Of a stretch of 64,000 nt of DNA, positions 38,128 to 49,765 are shown one piece after another. The stretch covers positions 15,562,001 through 15,626,000 of the forward strand of contig JBHGNT010000005.1 of NCBI GenBank assembly GCA_043228905.1. Reading direction: 5' to 3'. The notes beneath the pieces are model-generated. The model searched no databases. It was not told the DNA's origin and was given only the letters and a program-made list of their open reading frames with translations. Source of the DNA: Azolla caroliniana (taxonomy: Eukaryota; Plantae; Polypodiophyta). Made by a program: the position numbers and the translations under genes. Numbering within the stretch: the first letter of the stretch is position 1; each line of letters begins with the position of its first letter.

Positions 38128-40815
38128 TGACATACGACACAGAGGATTGAACCCAAGACCTCATGGTCTCTATTGGGCAACCCTACCAATTGAGCTACAT
38201 ATGCATCCTTGTACCAAATCCAACTTCATGTAGTGTAGATTGAACATTGGAAGTTCCTAGCTTGCATGCATCCTCATTTCTAGCTTGCACACAATCTCAT
38301 GCATTCTATATTGCATGCATCATCATGCATTCTCTATTGCATGCATCCTCATGCATACTCTATTTCTAGTTGGCTTACATAGCCCTACCTTCTTGTATAA
38401 ATACTCAGGTGCACCTTGATTCTAATCAAGGTGAACAACACCATTTACAGATTCTATAAGTTGAGTTCTTGTTCTTTTCCTCTCTCTTGTTTCTAGCTTC
38501 TCTTCGCTATGCTCTATTATACTTGTCCGTGACAGTTTGTTCACCTTGCTCTTCTTGCTACCATGTCCGGCTCCGTCGACAACCTAAACCAAGTCATGGC
38601 AACCTTGCAACAACATCAACTAGAGAATGAAATCCTTCGGGAATCATTACGAGAGTTGCAATCCGTCACATCAAGAAATCCACCACCCGCCGAGTCACAA
38701 CCACCGTCGGCACCTAGCCCGAGAACATTCTCTTCCCATCCATATGTCCTCGAACCAACCATCAGCCTACCAGACAAATTCAATGGCACGAGGGCATATC
38801 TTCGCGGCTTCATCAACCAAATTCGGCTTATCATCTGGTTATAGCCCCTACGGTATGCTAGAGACTTTTCTCGGGCTGGGCTTGTCGGCGTGCTTCTCTC
38901 CGGGCCGGCGCAAGCATGGTTTGCACCCTTGATCGAGACCTCATCCCCTCTCTTAGAAAACTTCACCGCTTTTATTGAGGAGCTCGAAGCGACATTTGGC
39001 GAGACAGACTGGTGACGAACGACACCCACAAAGCTTTATTCTTTCCAACAAGGCTCTCGTCCAACCTCGGTCTACACCTCAGAGTTCCGTCAGATTGCCT
39101 GCGATGTCAGTTGGGATGACCAAGCCCTATGTGACCATTTTCTTCACGATCTCCGAAACGACGTCAAGACTCTTCTCTTAAACTTCCCGGAGCCCACATT
39201 GTTGTCTCAAGTAATCTCCCAAGATGTCCAGTGTGACAATCGTCTCTTTGAGCTTCATCAAGAAGAACGGGGGACTCACGGGTCTCAAGCTTCTTCCCGA
39301 AACGCATCAATCGCCAGGCCCTACTTGTCTCCCACACCAACCTTACCATCACCCAGTGATACCCATACCATGATGGAGGTCGATTTCCATACCCCGATGG
39401 AGATCGACCACGCTCGGTTCCGACCACTAATTGAAGCCCAACGCCAACACCGTCGGGACAATGGACTTTGTCTCTATTGTGGCAACCTTGGCCATGTCAT
39501 CCGCCACTACCCGGTGCGGGGCCCGCGAGACCAATTCCATCATGCACGTCTTGCGGAGGTTCCTCGACAATAGGAAAATGACCAAGTCCGGTTGCAATAG
39601 GAGCCATGCCGTTGGATGCTTCCTGTTACTCACCTTCTCCATGCTCCTACAAGTCCATTCCGCCATTAGGAGGGTTTTCTTTGCAAGTAAGTCTTTGTTT
39701 TGGTTCGACTTCAATACATTCTCATGCCTTGCTTGACTTCGTAGCATCTACTTGCTTTATCGATAAATCATTTGTCCGTGCACATAATATCCCCACTGTC
39801 CGCACATCACAACCCATATCCGTTGAAGTGATCGACGGTTGGGTTCTCTCTTCGGGGGCGGTTACCAAAGCCACTATCTCGTTGGTACTTCAAGTCGGGG
39901 CGCATCAGGAGGAACTCACTTCTACCTCATCACATCCGATTGTGTTGGGGCTATCTTGGTTGGAGACACATAATCCTACGGTGGATTTGTGTAACCGCTC
40001 CATCATGATACTCTCTTGATTCCGTTGCGGTTGACTCCGGTTTAGTCGCTACATAGGCTGTTGTGTCGGGGGACGTCACCGTTCCTGTCAACAATTTACC
40101 CTCTGATATAACGACTTTTCTGACATCTTCGAAAAGCAGAATGCCGATCGGTTACCCGCTCATCTCCCCTTCGATTGCCCATTGAACTCCAAGCTGGTGA
40201 GCATCCCCCATTCGGTCCTATCTATGGGTTATCTGAACCCGAACTTGAGGCTCTCCGCACATATCTGACTGAGAATCTCGTGATGGGCTTCATTCAACCC
40301 TCTAGATCACCGGATGGGGCCTCAATCTTAATTGTCAAAAAGAATGATGGACCCTTACACTTATGTGTGGATTATCAGGGTCTTAACAAAGTTACCGTGC
40401 GTAATCATTTCCCCCCTCCCTTAATTTCAATGCTCCTCGATCGACTCCGAACTAGGGATATCTTCTCCAAAATCGACCTTCAGGATGCCTACAATTTGGT
40501 GCGCATCAAGCCTGGGGATGAGTGGACAACTGCTTTTCGGACGCGCTATGGACATTTCGGTACAAAGTGATGCCATTCGGCCTTACTAACGCTTTGACCG
40601 TCTTCTAGCACATGATGAACGATATTTTTCGAGAGTATCTCAATCATTTTGTGGTCATCTACCTTGACAACATCCCAGTCTTTTCTTCCAACTGGGAGGA
40701 GCATACACACCACGTCCGGTTGGTTCTCACCAAACTCCGGGAATATGGGCTCTTCGCCAAAAGTGAGAAATGCGAATTCGATCAGAGCTCTATCGAATTC
40801 CTGGGTTACATGATT
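38128..40815 (+). mobile_element. Tcn1/Tf1-sushi-type gypsy, 5' part: 5' LTR about 38128-38534, gag 38563-39573, protease, RT; truncated
   Basis: TATAAATA at 38396; LTR end ...GTGACA at 38534. Gag EPTISLPDKFNG, PMEID and CLYCGNLGH; RT PPFGPIYGLSEPELEAL, LCVDYQGLN, TAFRTRYGHF and VIYLDN. The LTR start is approximate. Confidence 0.85.
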
Positions 40816-41008
40816 GCCGCTACCTTGCATTCATAGAGGATTTTCGCCACAAGCACCCTAGCTAGAAAGGTTTAGCTCAAACAAGAGTTGAGCAACGTCC
40901 GACAAAGAGACATGTCAGTGGCTGACTACACCTCCAAGATCAAGGAGATCGGCGATTCCCTCGCCTCCGTCAATGTGAATGTCGAGGAGGACGAAATGGT
41001 GCAAGTTG

Positions 41009-41010
<2 letters not shown>
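40816..41010 (+). mobile_element. Copia gag fragment (first piece of a copia split by later insertions)
   Basis: LKQELSNVRQRDMSVADYTSKIKEIGDSLASVNVNVEEDEMVQV is typical copia Gag. Confidence 0.7.
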
Positions 41011-41042
<32 letters not shown>

Positions 41043-41717
41043 TATATTAACGTCTTCTAAGGACAAATTTGGCCCATGAGACAAATGGTTTACAAAAAAG
41101 GGGATATTTACCCATTTATCGAAAGTAAAAAAATCAAAATAAGATAAAAAATAGTTCTAAAAATAAACATGTTCTACAAAGAAAAGATGTTATACTAGGC
41201 CTAATTTCATTTCCATCCAAGTCTCTCGAAGAGAAGCGGGAGGTCAAAGGGTTACAATGTGGATGTGGCCCATGGTCCCAATGTAAAAGGTACCCCTACC
41301 ATAGCTTTTAGTCGATGTAACTCACATTCCCTTATCTTCTTAATCTTTTCTACTCCACGTCAACTTGTTTGGAAGCCCAACATCTGTGGGTGTTTGGTTG
41401 CTCTTTGTATTTCTGCTTCCTCAAGGGAGACGCCGAGCAACATAAGTGTATCCACATTCATCGTCTCCCCTTGTTCCTGAAAAATTACACTAGTTACATG
41501 TTGATGAATAGTAAAAGGGTTATGATTAACACTTTGTAATTTATTCTCCCTATGTTGTTTTAGCTCTAAGATATACCTACCTAGTCTTTTTACACTCAGG
41601 GTATCTAATAGTTTGGAGAGGGTGGGAGAGGGTCCTAATATGTCTTGGTATTTCGCCTGTATCTCGGCATAAGTTGGGCACTTGCATGTGAAGTGATACT
41701 CATCCTCTATCTCTATG
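41011..41717 (-). mobile_element. RTE-X-like LINE 3' segment with (TC)n tail, copy 2
   Basis: HIEIEDEYHFTCKCPTYAEIQAKYQDILGPSPTLSKLLDT; same 3' UTR and (GA)n tract (41011-41038) as copy 1. Confidence 0.8.
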
Positions 41718-44700
41718 TGTGAGACAGAGAGAATTGAAAGGAAAGTATTATATTGCACTATAAGAAGGATTACAAAGAGTAGGGAAAAGAGAGCTATAGA
41801 ATTACATTGAACCAATTTGGTTATGGGATGATTGATAGGTCCCTATATTATAAGTCCTTCTAGAGTAATATAGAACATTCTAGAGTATAGAGTATCTAGA
41901 AGGTTTCTAGAGTATTCTAGAATGTTCTAGTATACAGAACACTCTAGAATATTCTAGGTCATTCTAGAATGTAGATTGATAGAATATGCTTATGATATTA
42001 GATTATATATTCTAATAATTATACATAGAAGCATATTATTACAATGGTTAAGGATTTGATATGTGTATAACGAGGTCATGGGTTCAAATCCTTTCTATCC
42101 CCTTTCTTCAACAAGACATCTCATGGGTCCCTAGGGTTTGTACTAGGACCTGGTTTATGAGGATATTAGAGATGAAATGTGGTGACCATGTCCATGACGT
42201 TGGAAAGATTTGCTGTGTCCATGACGTTGGAAAGATTTGCTGTAGGGTCCCAAGTTCGATCATTGGGGGTATAGCCTAACCAATCAATGAAGTAATACAA
42301 CTTGTTGTGCACGATTTTAGAATTGAGAATGGCAACAACATCGAATTCGGGTCCTTCTAAGAACTCAACAGGTGGGGGCGGGGGAGTTGTAAGACGGCCC
42401 GGAATTGAACTTGTGGTGTAAGGTTCCAAAAGGGATACATGAAGACGCATGTGCGGAGGGAGGCCAAGACGAAATGCAACATCACTTACCTTACTAGTGA
42501 TCATGTATGGGCCAAAATGTTGGTAATCCAATTTACCACAAGGCTGAGTGGTCTTGATGTGCGGTGGAGAAGTCATACACGATCCCCAACATGGAACTTT
42601 TTGGAGGAGTCTAGGAGATGGCGATCCGCAAGCCTCTTGTGTGTAACTTGAGCATCATGAAAATTGTGGAGAATGGTAGCGTGAATTTGTTGGAGGCGAC
42701 TAAGATGATCCTCAACAACAAGGCTGGTAGGAACATCTGGATGCGCAATCATCGTCCACTAAGGATGACAACCCGTATTTGCGAAAAATGGGGAATATCC
42801 TGTAGAAGAATGGACTGAGTTATTGTAAGCGAATTCAGCCAAGTACAAAAAATCAACCCAATCATCTTGTTGGTAGTTGATGAAACAACGAAGATATTGC
42901 TCCAAAGTCTGGTTGGTACGCTTAGTTTGGCCATTAGTCTCAGGATGATAGACCGAAGAAAGCTTAGCCGAAATTCGGAGAAGTTTGAACATGTGCTTCC
43001 AAAACTTTGAGATGAATTGTGGACCACGATCACTAATAATATCATCTAGAAGACCATGATGTTTAAATACCTCCTGCATAACTAGATCGATCGCCTCTTA
43101 ACTAGTAATAGACTTCGTACATGGCAAGAAATGTGCCATTTTGGTAAGTCGATCAACCATCATGAGAATTGCATGAAAAACTTTTGAAACGGGAAGATTG
43201 GTAATGAAAACCAAGGATTTTCCGGAATGGGAAGTGGTTGTAGAAAGTCATAGAATTGGTGTTGAGGAATCTTTGATCGACAACATGTATCACAACTGCG
43301 AACATACTCCTCAACAAAATGAGGAAGGCGAGGCCACCAATATTGTCGAGAGACTAATTCTAGAGTTTTGCAAACTCCAAAATGTCCATCCATTGGTGAG
43401 TCATGGAAAGGATGCGATAGGACACTCCCTAGTGCAAAATCGGATGCATCAACTTCAAGGATGAAGCGTTTTGTTGGGTCGACATGTGCTAAAATAGGTG
43501 CCATTGTAAAAGCTCGTTTTAAGCGTTCAAATGCCTCCGCTACATCTGTACTCCATATGAATGGTTGATTTTTGTGTGTGAGTTGAGCGGAAACACGACC
43601 TTCGAATAATTGTTAATAAATTTTCGATACAAATTTGCAAACCCAAGAAAACATTGCACATCGCACACTGAAAGGGGCATCTACCTTTGTAAAATTTCTT
43701 GAACCTTCATGGGGTCCATCCATACAGATACCATCCGATGATACAACATACCCCAAAAATTCCACTTGATTCTAGTTGAAACTACACTTTTCTAATTTTG
43801 TGTCATCTAGGTAAACTATAGTCAAGATATCGAGAAAATCTCGAAAAATATCATTCACCATATGATGGAGAATTGTAGGTGCATTCGTGAGACCGAATGG
43901 AATCATAGTATACTCAAATGTCCATACCGAGTGCGAAAAGCAGTCTTCCATTCATCCCCCAAACGAATCCGTACTAGATTATATGCACTGCGGAGGTCCA
44001 ACTTCGTGAAATATTTTGTTCCATTGAGACGTTCCAAAAGATTCGGGATTAACGGTAGAGCATATCTATTCCGGATAGTCACTTTGTTTATCCCTCGATA
44101 ATCCACGACCAACCGAAGAGACCCATTCTTTTTCATAACGAAGAAGATAGGTGCACTGTCAGGGGATCTAGAATGCTGAATGAATCCGTTTGCCAGATTC
44201 TTGTCGATATATTCCCGCAAAGTCTCTAGCTCTACAAGGGAGAGATTATAAATTGGGCCCCATGGAGATTCTTTCCCTGGTTGTAAGTCAATAGGGCGGT
44301 CGTATGGCCTATGCTCCGGCAATGTATTGGCCTTTACCTTATCAAGGACGTTTGAGAACTCTTTGTATTTCTCTGGTAGTTTAATGTCTACTTCATGTAA
44401 GGTGGATGATGGAATTGCTACTATTGCAAATACGAACATGTCCTCGTTCCCCCCTTCCTCACGTAATTGACGTAGAGAGATGGTTGATAACTTATGGGAT
44501 CTAGTATCAAATGTCGGAGATTTGAGGGATGTGATCCTTGTCCTTGTTTCCTAGGTGTCCTCAATTGTTCTTTTCATCCAATCAATCTTCGGGTTATGGA
44601 GTTCAAACTAAGGGAGACCTGGAACTATTGGGTGTTTCAGACTATGAATAATGTTGAAAGAGATTATGCTTGGCAAATCGCCAAGAACTATACGAATTGG

Positions 44701-44930
44701 CTTAGACTCCTCGACTATATCACCTGATCCTATGGGACGACCATCAATGACTCCTACGTCTACTGGGTTTGGGAGCTTATCAAAGAGTATGTTCTGTGAC
44801 AATGCAAATTCACGATCCATGAAACAAGAGTTGGTTCCAGAATCTAGGAGGGCAGAGGCTAGGACTCGATGACATGTAGACTTGCTAAGCTCAACTTGTG
44901 CAGAAAAAACTCTACTCGATTTGTTGAAAT
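41718..44930 (-). mobile_element. Tcn1-type chromovirus, 3' part: PR-RT-RH-INT-chromodomain pseudogene, PPT about 42095-42110, 3' LTR about 41718-42094
   Basis: LLDSGTNSCFMD, WGPIYNLSLVEL, LVVDYRGINK, EVDASDFALG, DRGPQF, HPETNGQTKRTN, and chromodomain YFIDWLGYTPNDRTWDP. The purine tract GAAGAAAGGGGA lies on the minus strand. The LTR contains many TCTAGA repeats. Confidence 0.85.
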
Positions 44931-44939
44931 GGAACCACG

Positions 44940-45123
44940 ACTAGGAACTAAATCTACATAGCTAGGATGGTCCAACCAAATGGCTCCTATTTTGGCCTCT
45001 AATGGTCTACCAGTTACTATCCGATCTGGCTCCTGGTTCCAGATACTTATTCGGTTCTCTATTCCGGATCCGGTTGTGGCTTATTCAGCCGATCCGGATC
45101 TGGTTGAGCTTGTCCATTCAACA
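44940..45123 (-). mobile_element. LTR fragment (CCGGAT-rich, terminus TGTTGAA on minus strand)
   Basis: Ends ...CCATTCAACA at 45123, between the Tcn1 protease and the resumed copia gag. Confidence 0.4.
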
Positions 45124-46417
45124 AAGATGTTGTACACGAAGGCGGATCGGCCCTGTGGACGTGGTGGATGAGGTGGGTCAGCATGTAATGGAAGCGGCTG
45201 ACTGGAACAGAACTCGAGGCATAATCGAAATGCCAACAACAGTTCCAGACCTTCCACGAGTAGGGGGAGTCAAGGCGGCGCTAGAGGTTGGCAAGGAAAG
45301 GCCGTGACGGACTGTTGGTACTGTGGCAGGAAGGGCTATAGAGAGAGCAAGTGCTGGAAAAAATGAGCCAATTCAGACAAGGCCGAATCAAGCCGAGATG
45401 ACGCGGATAGGTGCCAGAGATCGCAGTATGCTGAAGGTTCAAGGCGAGCCAAAACGGGCCCAACCTTCATAATGAAGCACAAATCCAACTCGATGGCAGT
45501 GAACACCTCAAGGTTGAACGAGGCGCATCAAACCACATGATGAATCACAAGGAGTGGGTCTCGACTTTGGAGAAGCCGGAGCAGTCGGGGGTGTCGTCGA
45601 AACTGGCGATGACACCCCTCACCCCATTGAACACATAGGAGATGTCCCTCTCAGCCATGTTAGCCAGAAGGGAATCATGAGAAATGTCTTGCATGTGTCG
45701 ATCAGGGCATGCAAGTTCGATTTACTCATCTCGGGTGCTTCACCGAAGAAGAAGGAAAGATCATCACGCAAGGGCACTGAGAAGGGAGGATTTTCATCAT
45801 CGAAATGAATGACGTCGGCACCACTATGTTTGCGAAGGACCAAAAAGTCGAATCAGACATTGACTTGTGGCACAAGTGGTTTGGTCGCATGAACTTCCCA
45901 CGGCTATGGCGATCGGAGAAGCGGACGATCGAAGAAGCGGCTAGGGCAATGCTTGAGGAGAAGCATATGCCAAAGTTTTATTGGGTCAATGCGGTCCGGA
46001 TAGTCATCTACCTGCAAAACCGGGCATCTGCATATGGAGGAGTGTCGCCACATGAGCTGTATTTCAGGAAGAAGCCGAACTTGGCACACTTGTGGGTATT
46101 AAGTAGCTTTGCATATGTGCATGTGCCGAAGGAAAAATGGAGGAAGTTAGACGTGAAAGCTGAAAAATGTGTTTTGGTCGCCTACTCGGATGGGCAGAAG
46201 GGTTATAAGTGTTATAACCCTTGAACGAAAGAGGTCTGAGTAGGCAAAGATGTCATTCTCGACGACTTAGCTTCGTGGTAGATGCCTTGACCTTCAATCC
46301 CCATCCACACCATTCTAAATTCAGAGGATGAGGTCAGTGAGGCCGAGATGCCCCTTGAGGAAGAGGAAATCGGAACTCTAGAAGAGAGTCCAATCTCATT
46401 TTAGCTAAGTGGGCCGA
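45124..46417 (+). mobile_element. Copia gag/protease/integrase remnant (host of the 46418-60811 element)
   Basis: GASNHMMNH-like protease motif, DLWHKWFG, EAARAMLEEKHMPKFYW and KLDVKAEKCVLVAYSDGQKGYKCYNP. The sequence resumes at 60812 after TSD GCCGA. Confidence 0.8.
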
Positions 46418-47106
46418 TGTTGCCTCTTAGGAACACGGTCCGTGGTCAGTCCTTCGACCTAGACCCCAAGGTGGGTGGGAACAACGAACAGAGCTTAAGC
46501 GTACCGTGTAAGGAGAGAACCGTTGTGGTTCCTCCGTGTGTAAGGGGAGACGGCTACAACCGACTCCTTATCACAGGTTGCACTTATGTACTACTACGCT
46601 TACGTATCCGAGACACAGACACTGAATTAGCCGTAGCTATACACAGAAACTCAGAGAAGATAGTATTCTATTATCATGTGTTCTTTTACAATTCTCAAAA
46701 TTTACACGCGCCTCCTTAAGAGGTTTTCTGCCCTTTATATATGCAGGGTCTAATTAGCCGTTCACGCTTCCCCGCGTGAACTGTTACATACGTTACGCTT
46801 TATATAGTTTCTTATTCCTACGCTTTTGGCCGTCGGTTACTATTCCGGCGGACAACACCTGGCACGCCTGTGGGACAGTGCCTTTGCACGTCGGACCCAT
46901 CACGTTAATCTTCTTCCAAAATGCCCCGGATGTTCGGCTCTATTGTGGTGTCCTCGACCGGAGTTGATGTAGGGCACATAGGTGCATTGTGGTGCGGCTC
47001 CTCTGCTTGGTCGGCCTGGTTTCTCCCGGAGTCGCCTTCGCCGTGTGCGGGTGGTCTGGGTACGGTGGGCTTTTCTTGAGTTAGTGGGCTGGGCTCCGCC
47101 GGTAGC

Positions 47107-49765
47107 GTGCTTGCAGTCGGCTGCTGCTCCGCCTCTATTGTTACATCCTCCGCGGTGTTGGCCGTTTTTGTGTGTCCCTGGGCATGGGGCGGGGATTCCG
47201 CCTGGTCCGCACTATTTTCCGCGTTTTCTGAAGATGGTGTGAGCTGGACCTTTTGTTGGTTAATGGTTTCGCTGTCTGGTCTTGTGGGGAACTCCGCTCG
47301 TTCGTCCCCGCTATTCTCCCCCGTTGTCCTCGCTGGTGATCGGGCCTAAGGTTCCTCTTCTTCGGTTGTGATCGGAATTGGTGTCCCGCTAGGTTCCTCG
47401 TTTGTGTGCGTGTTGCCGGTTTGTGTGATCTGGTGAAATAGCTCCAGTTGACTTTCACCAAAATCATCTAGGAGTTGTGCGAGTTCTTCGGAGTGTTGAT
47501 CTGCTAACGCGCGATAGTCTTGCGCTAGGTCCTCCCGTACGGTCGCAATGATCTCCTCGTTTAGCTTATAAAACCCTCGGCCGTCTTTCTGCCGGTTCTC
47601 CCAGTCCGCACGATACGCGTGCAATTCCGCTGCACCTTGCCCATGCCATCCATCCTTTGTCCAGCGCCGTTTTCAATTGCGCTGTGAACCTTTCCCGGTT
47701 GGTTTGGAGAAGGATGCGCACGTTATCCGTGATGGCCTGGCAGCGGTTGCGTGCGTCTTCCATCGACTTCTGGAGATTCGCGATTTCCTGCAGTTTAACG
47801 GCCGCCGCTTCCTCATATGTGGCCTTCAGGCCCGCCCACAGTTGGGATTCCTTTTCATGTTGTTTTTCTAATTTCCCCATTTCATTGTTTAGGCGGATTT
47901 CGAGTTGATGCCTTCTGTCTTGTTCGACTACCAACTGTTCATTGAACCATACCTTCTTTTTCTAACAAGGCCCGAAGTCTTGCTATTGCCGCCTCTGATT
48001 TCTTCGCGTCCTCTCGTAATTGGGCGTTGTCGTCTTTTGTCCGGATGTGCTAAGCCACCTCCGTAGCCAGTTTCTCTTCAAGCTTTTCGTCCGTTAGCCC
48101 GTATCTCCTTTTCTCTGTCGGAGGATTGGCGTAGTTCTGCTCGAAGACGGTCAATTTCGGATTCCGCTAGCTGCACGACCCTGTTTGTTTTTGAGGTGAT
48201 GGTGGTCTGAGCCTTGATTTCTTCTTTGAGAGCGTTGATAACGTGGTTTGGTGGTGGGGTTTCGTGTTGCGCCGTAGTCGTGTGAGCTTCCAACTCCGCG
48301 ATGCGTGCGTTGGCCTTTTGTAGTTCAGCTTCGGTCAGTTTAACCTTCTTCTAGACATTCTTATTTTTTATGGCCACCTCCTTGGCGCCCGTACTGACCT
48401 TTGCTAGTTCCCGATGGAATTCGACTAGGGCCGTGTTTAAGGGTGGTATCTCCATCCCTACTCGCCGTACCCCGGCGTTCCTCTGTCTGCCGACCCTGGG
48501 TAGCCGGTCCTCATTGTTGCTCTCCGTTGTTTGTGTTAGGGCGCACTCTATCATCTGACGTTCTGCATGTTCCTCGGCCATTCATTGGGCGGCTTTGACC
48601 TGTTGTGTTGCCAGGAACTCGATGAGCTCGAAAGAGGTACCGAACTGCAAGAGGGCGCTGAATTCGTGGGCCGTATCCGAAATATCCGGATATGCCAAAA
48701 CCTCGCTTTCCGCTGTCAATACGGCTTTCCCTCGCTGGGACTGAGTCGTAATAATCGGCCGCGGCTCCTGGATGATTTCGAAGCTGGTATTCGGCTCTGT
48801 TGTTGCGGGGCCTTTGCCTGCGGTCGGTGCCTCCGGATTCGTGGGGGCATTTTTTACCAACCCCTGCCCATCTTTACTGTCCAATCTGTGCCGTTTTGGT
48901 CTAGGGCTTTCCCCCCGTGCTTTGGTGTCTGGTTCTGGGGCTGCCTCCATGGGGTGTCTCGGTTGTTCCTCCTACGTCGCCCGTGTATCCGGTTGGTCGG
49001 TAGGAGGTGTTGTCCTTGGGCCTGCTGGGCCGGTTGGGGTTCCTCCTCCCACTCTGGGGCCGCTAACTCCGCTAACCTGCGTTTCGCGGAGCGGGGCAGA
49101 GCCATGGGTTGGTTGGGCTGTGGTGCTTGGTACGCATGCAAGCCTTCCCTTAACGCCGGCCCTATGATGACCCCCCAGTCGACTGTACGCCCCTCAACGG
49201 TGTCAATAATGATGCCCGCCTTCTGTTTAGGCATCCCGTAAGCGTTGACATGGACGCAGCCTACTTCCAGTAGGAACTTGGCAACTTCATGGAAGAAGGG
49301 ATCCAGAATCTGTTTTGTTCTATAGGCTTTGGCGGAGGATGAGTATCGACCAAAATACCGCTGGAGCGCCTCTGTAGGAGGTATTTCGAAATGTCTTTCG
49401 CCTAGTGAGGATAGGTCTAACTTCTTCCGAATGGAAGAGTTGGTGACCGTGTAGATGTTAAGCCGCCTGGCAATGTCCATGGCGTCCGGGTGCGGAGGTG
49501 CTTCTGCGACCCGAATGTAACCATCCAGGCGCTTCTCCACGAGCCATCGGTGTAGGGCAGTAGAGATGAAGATCGGCATCGCTAGAGTAGGTTCGTGGAG
49601 AGGAGACGGGTAGCAGTGGTGAGTTGGAGCTCTGAGATGTGATAGGGAAGAAGGTGAGGAGGAGCGATGGGAGCGCTGATAGCTAGACGCTGTGTTTCTG
49701 CTTTGTGCAGAAAACCTTCTATTTCCTTCTTTTTGTGGCTTAGGGTTCATTGGGCGGTGAGCCAT
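47107..49765 (-). pseudogene. Extra ORF downstream of pol in the Athila-like element (N-terminal globular domain plus long coiled coil), fragmented
   Basis: The 303-aa ORF 48854-49765 (VDWGVIIGPALREGL) is followed by Glu/Lys/Gln/Ala-rich helical fragments (48078-48293, 47566-47934, 47346-47624) in the sense orientation between INT and the 3' LTR. Confidence 0.6.

Noticed and set aside
38131-38204. Functional tRNA gene
   Set aside because: There is no proper anticodon stem, the T-loop is one base short and there are extra bases before the acceptor strand; reported only as a tRNA-like module.
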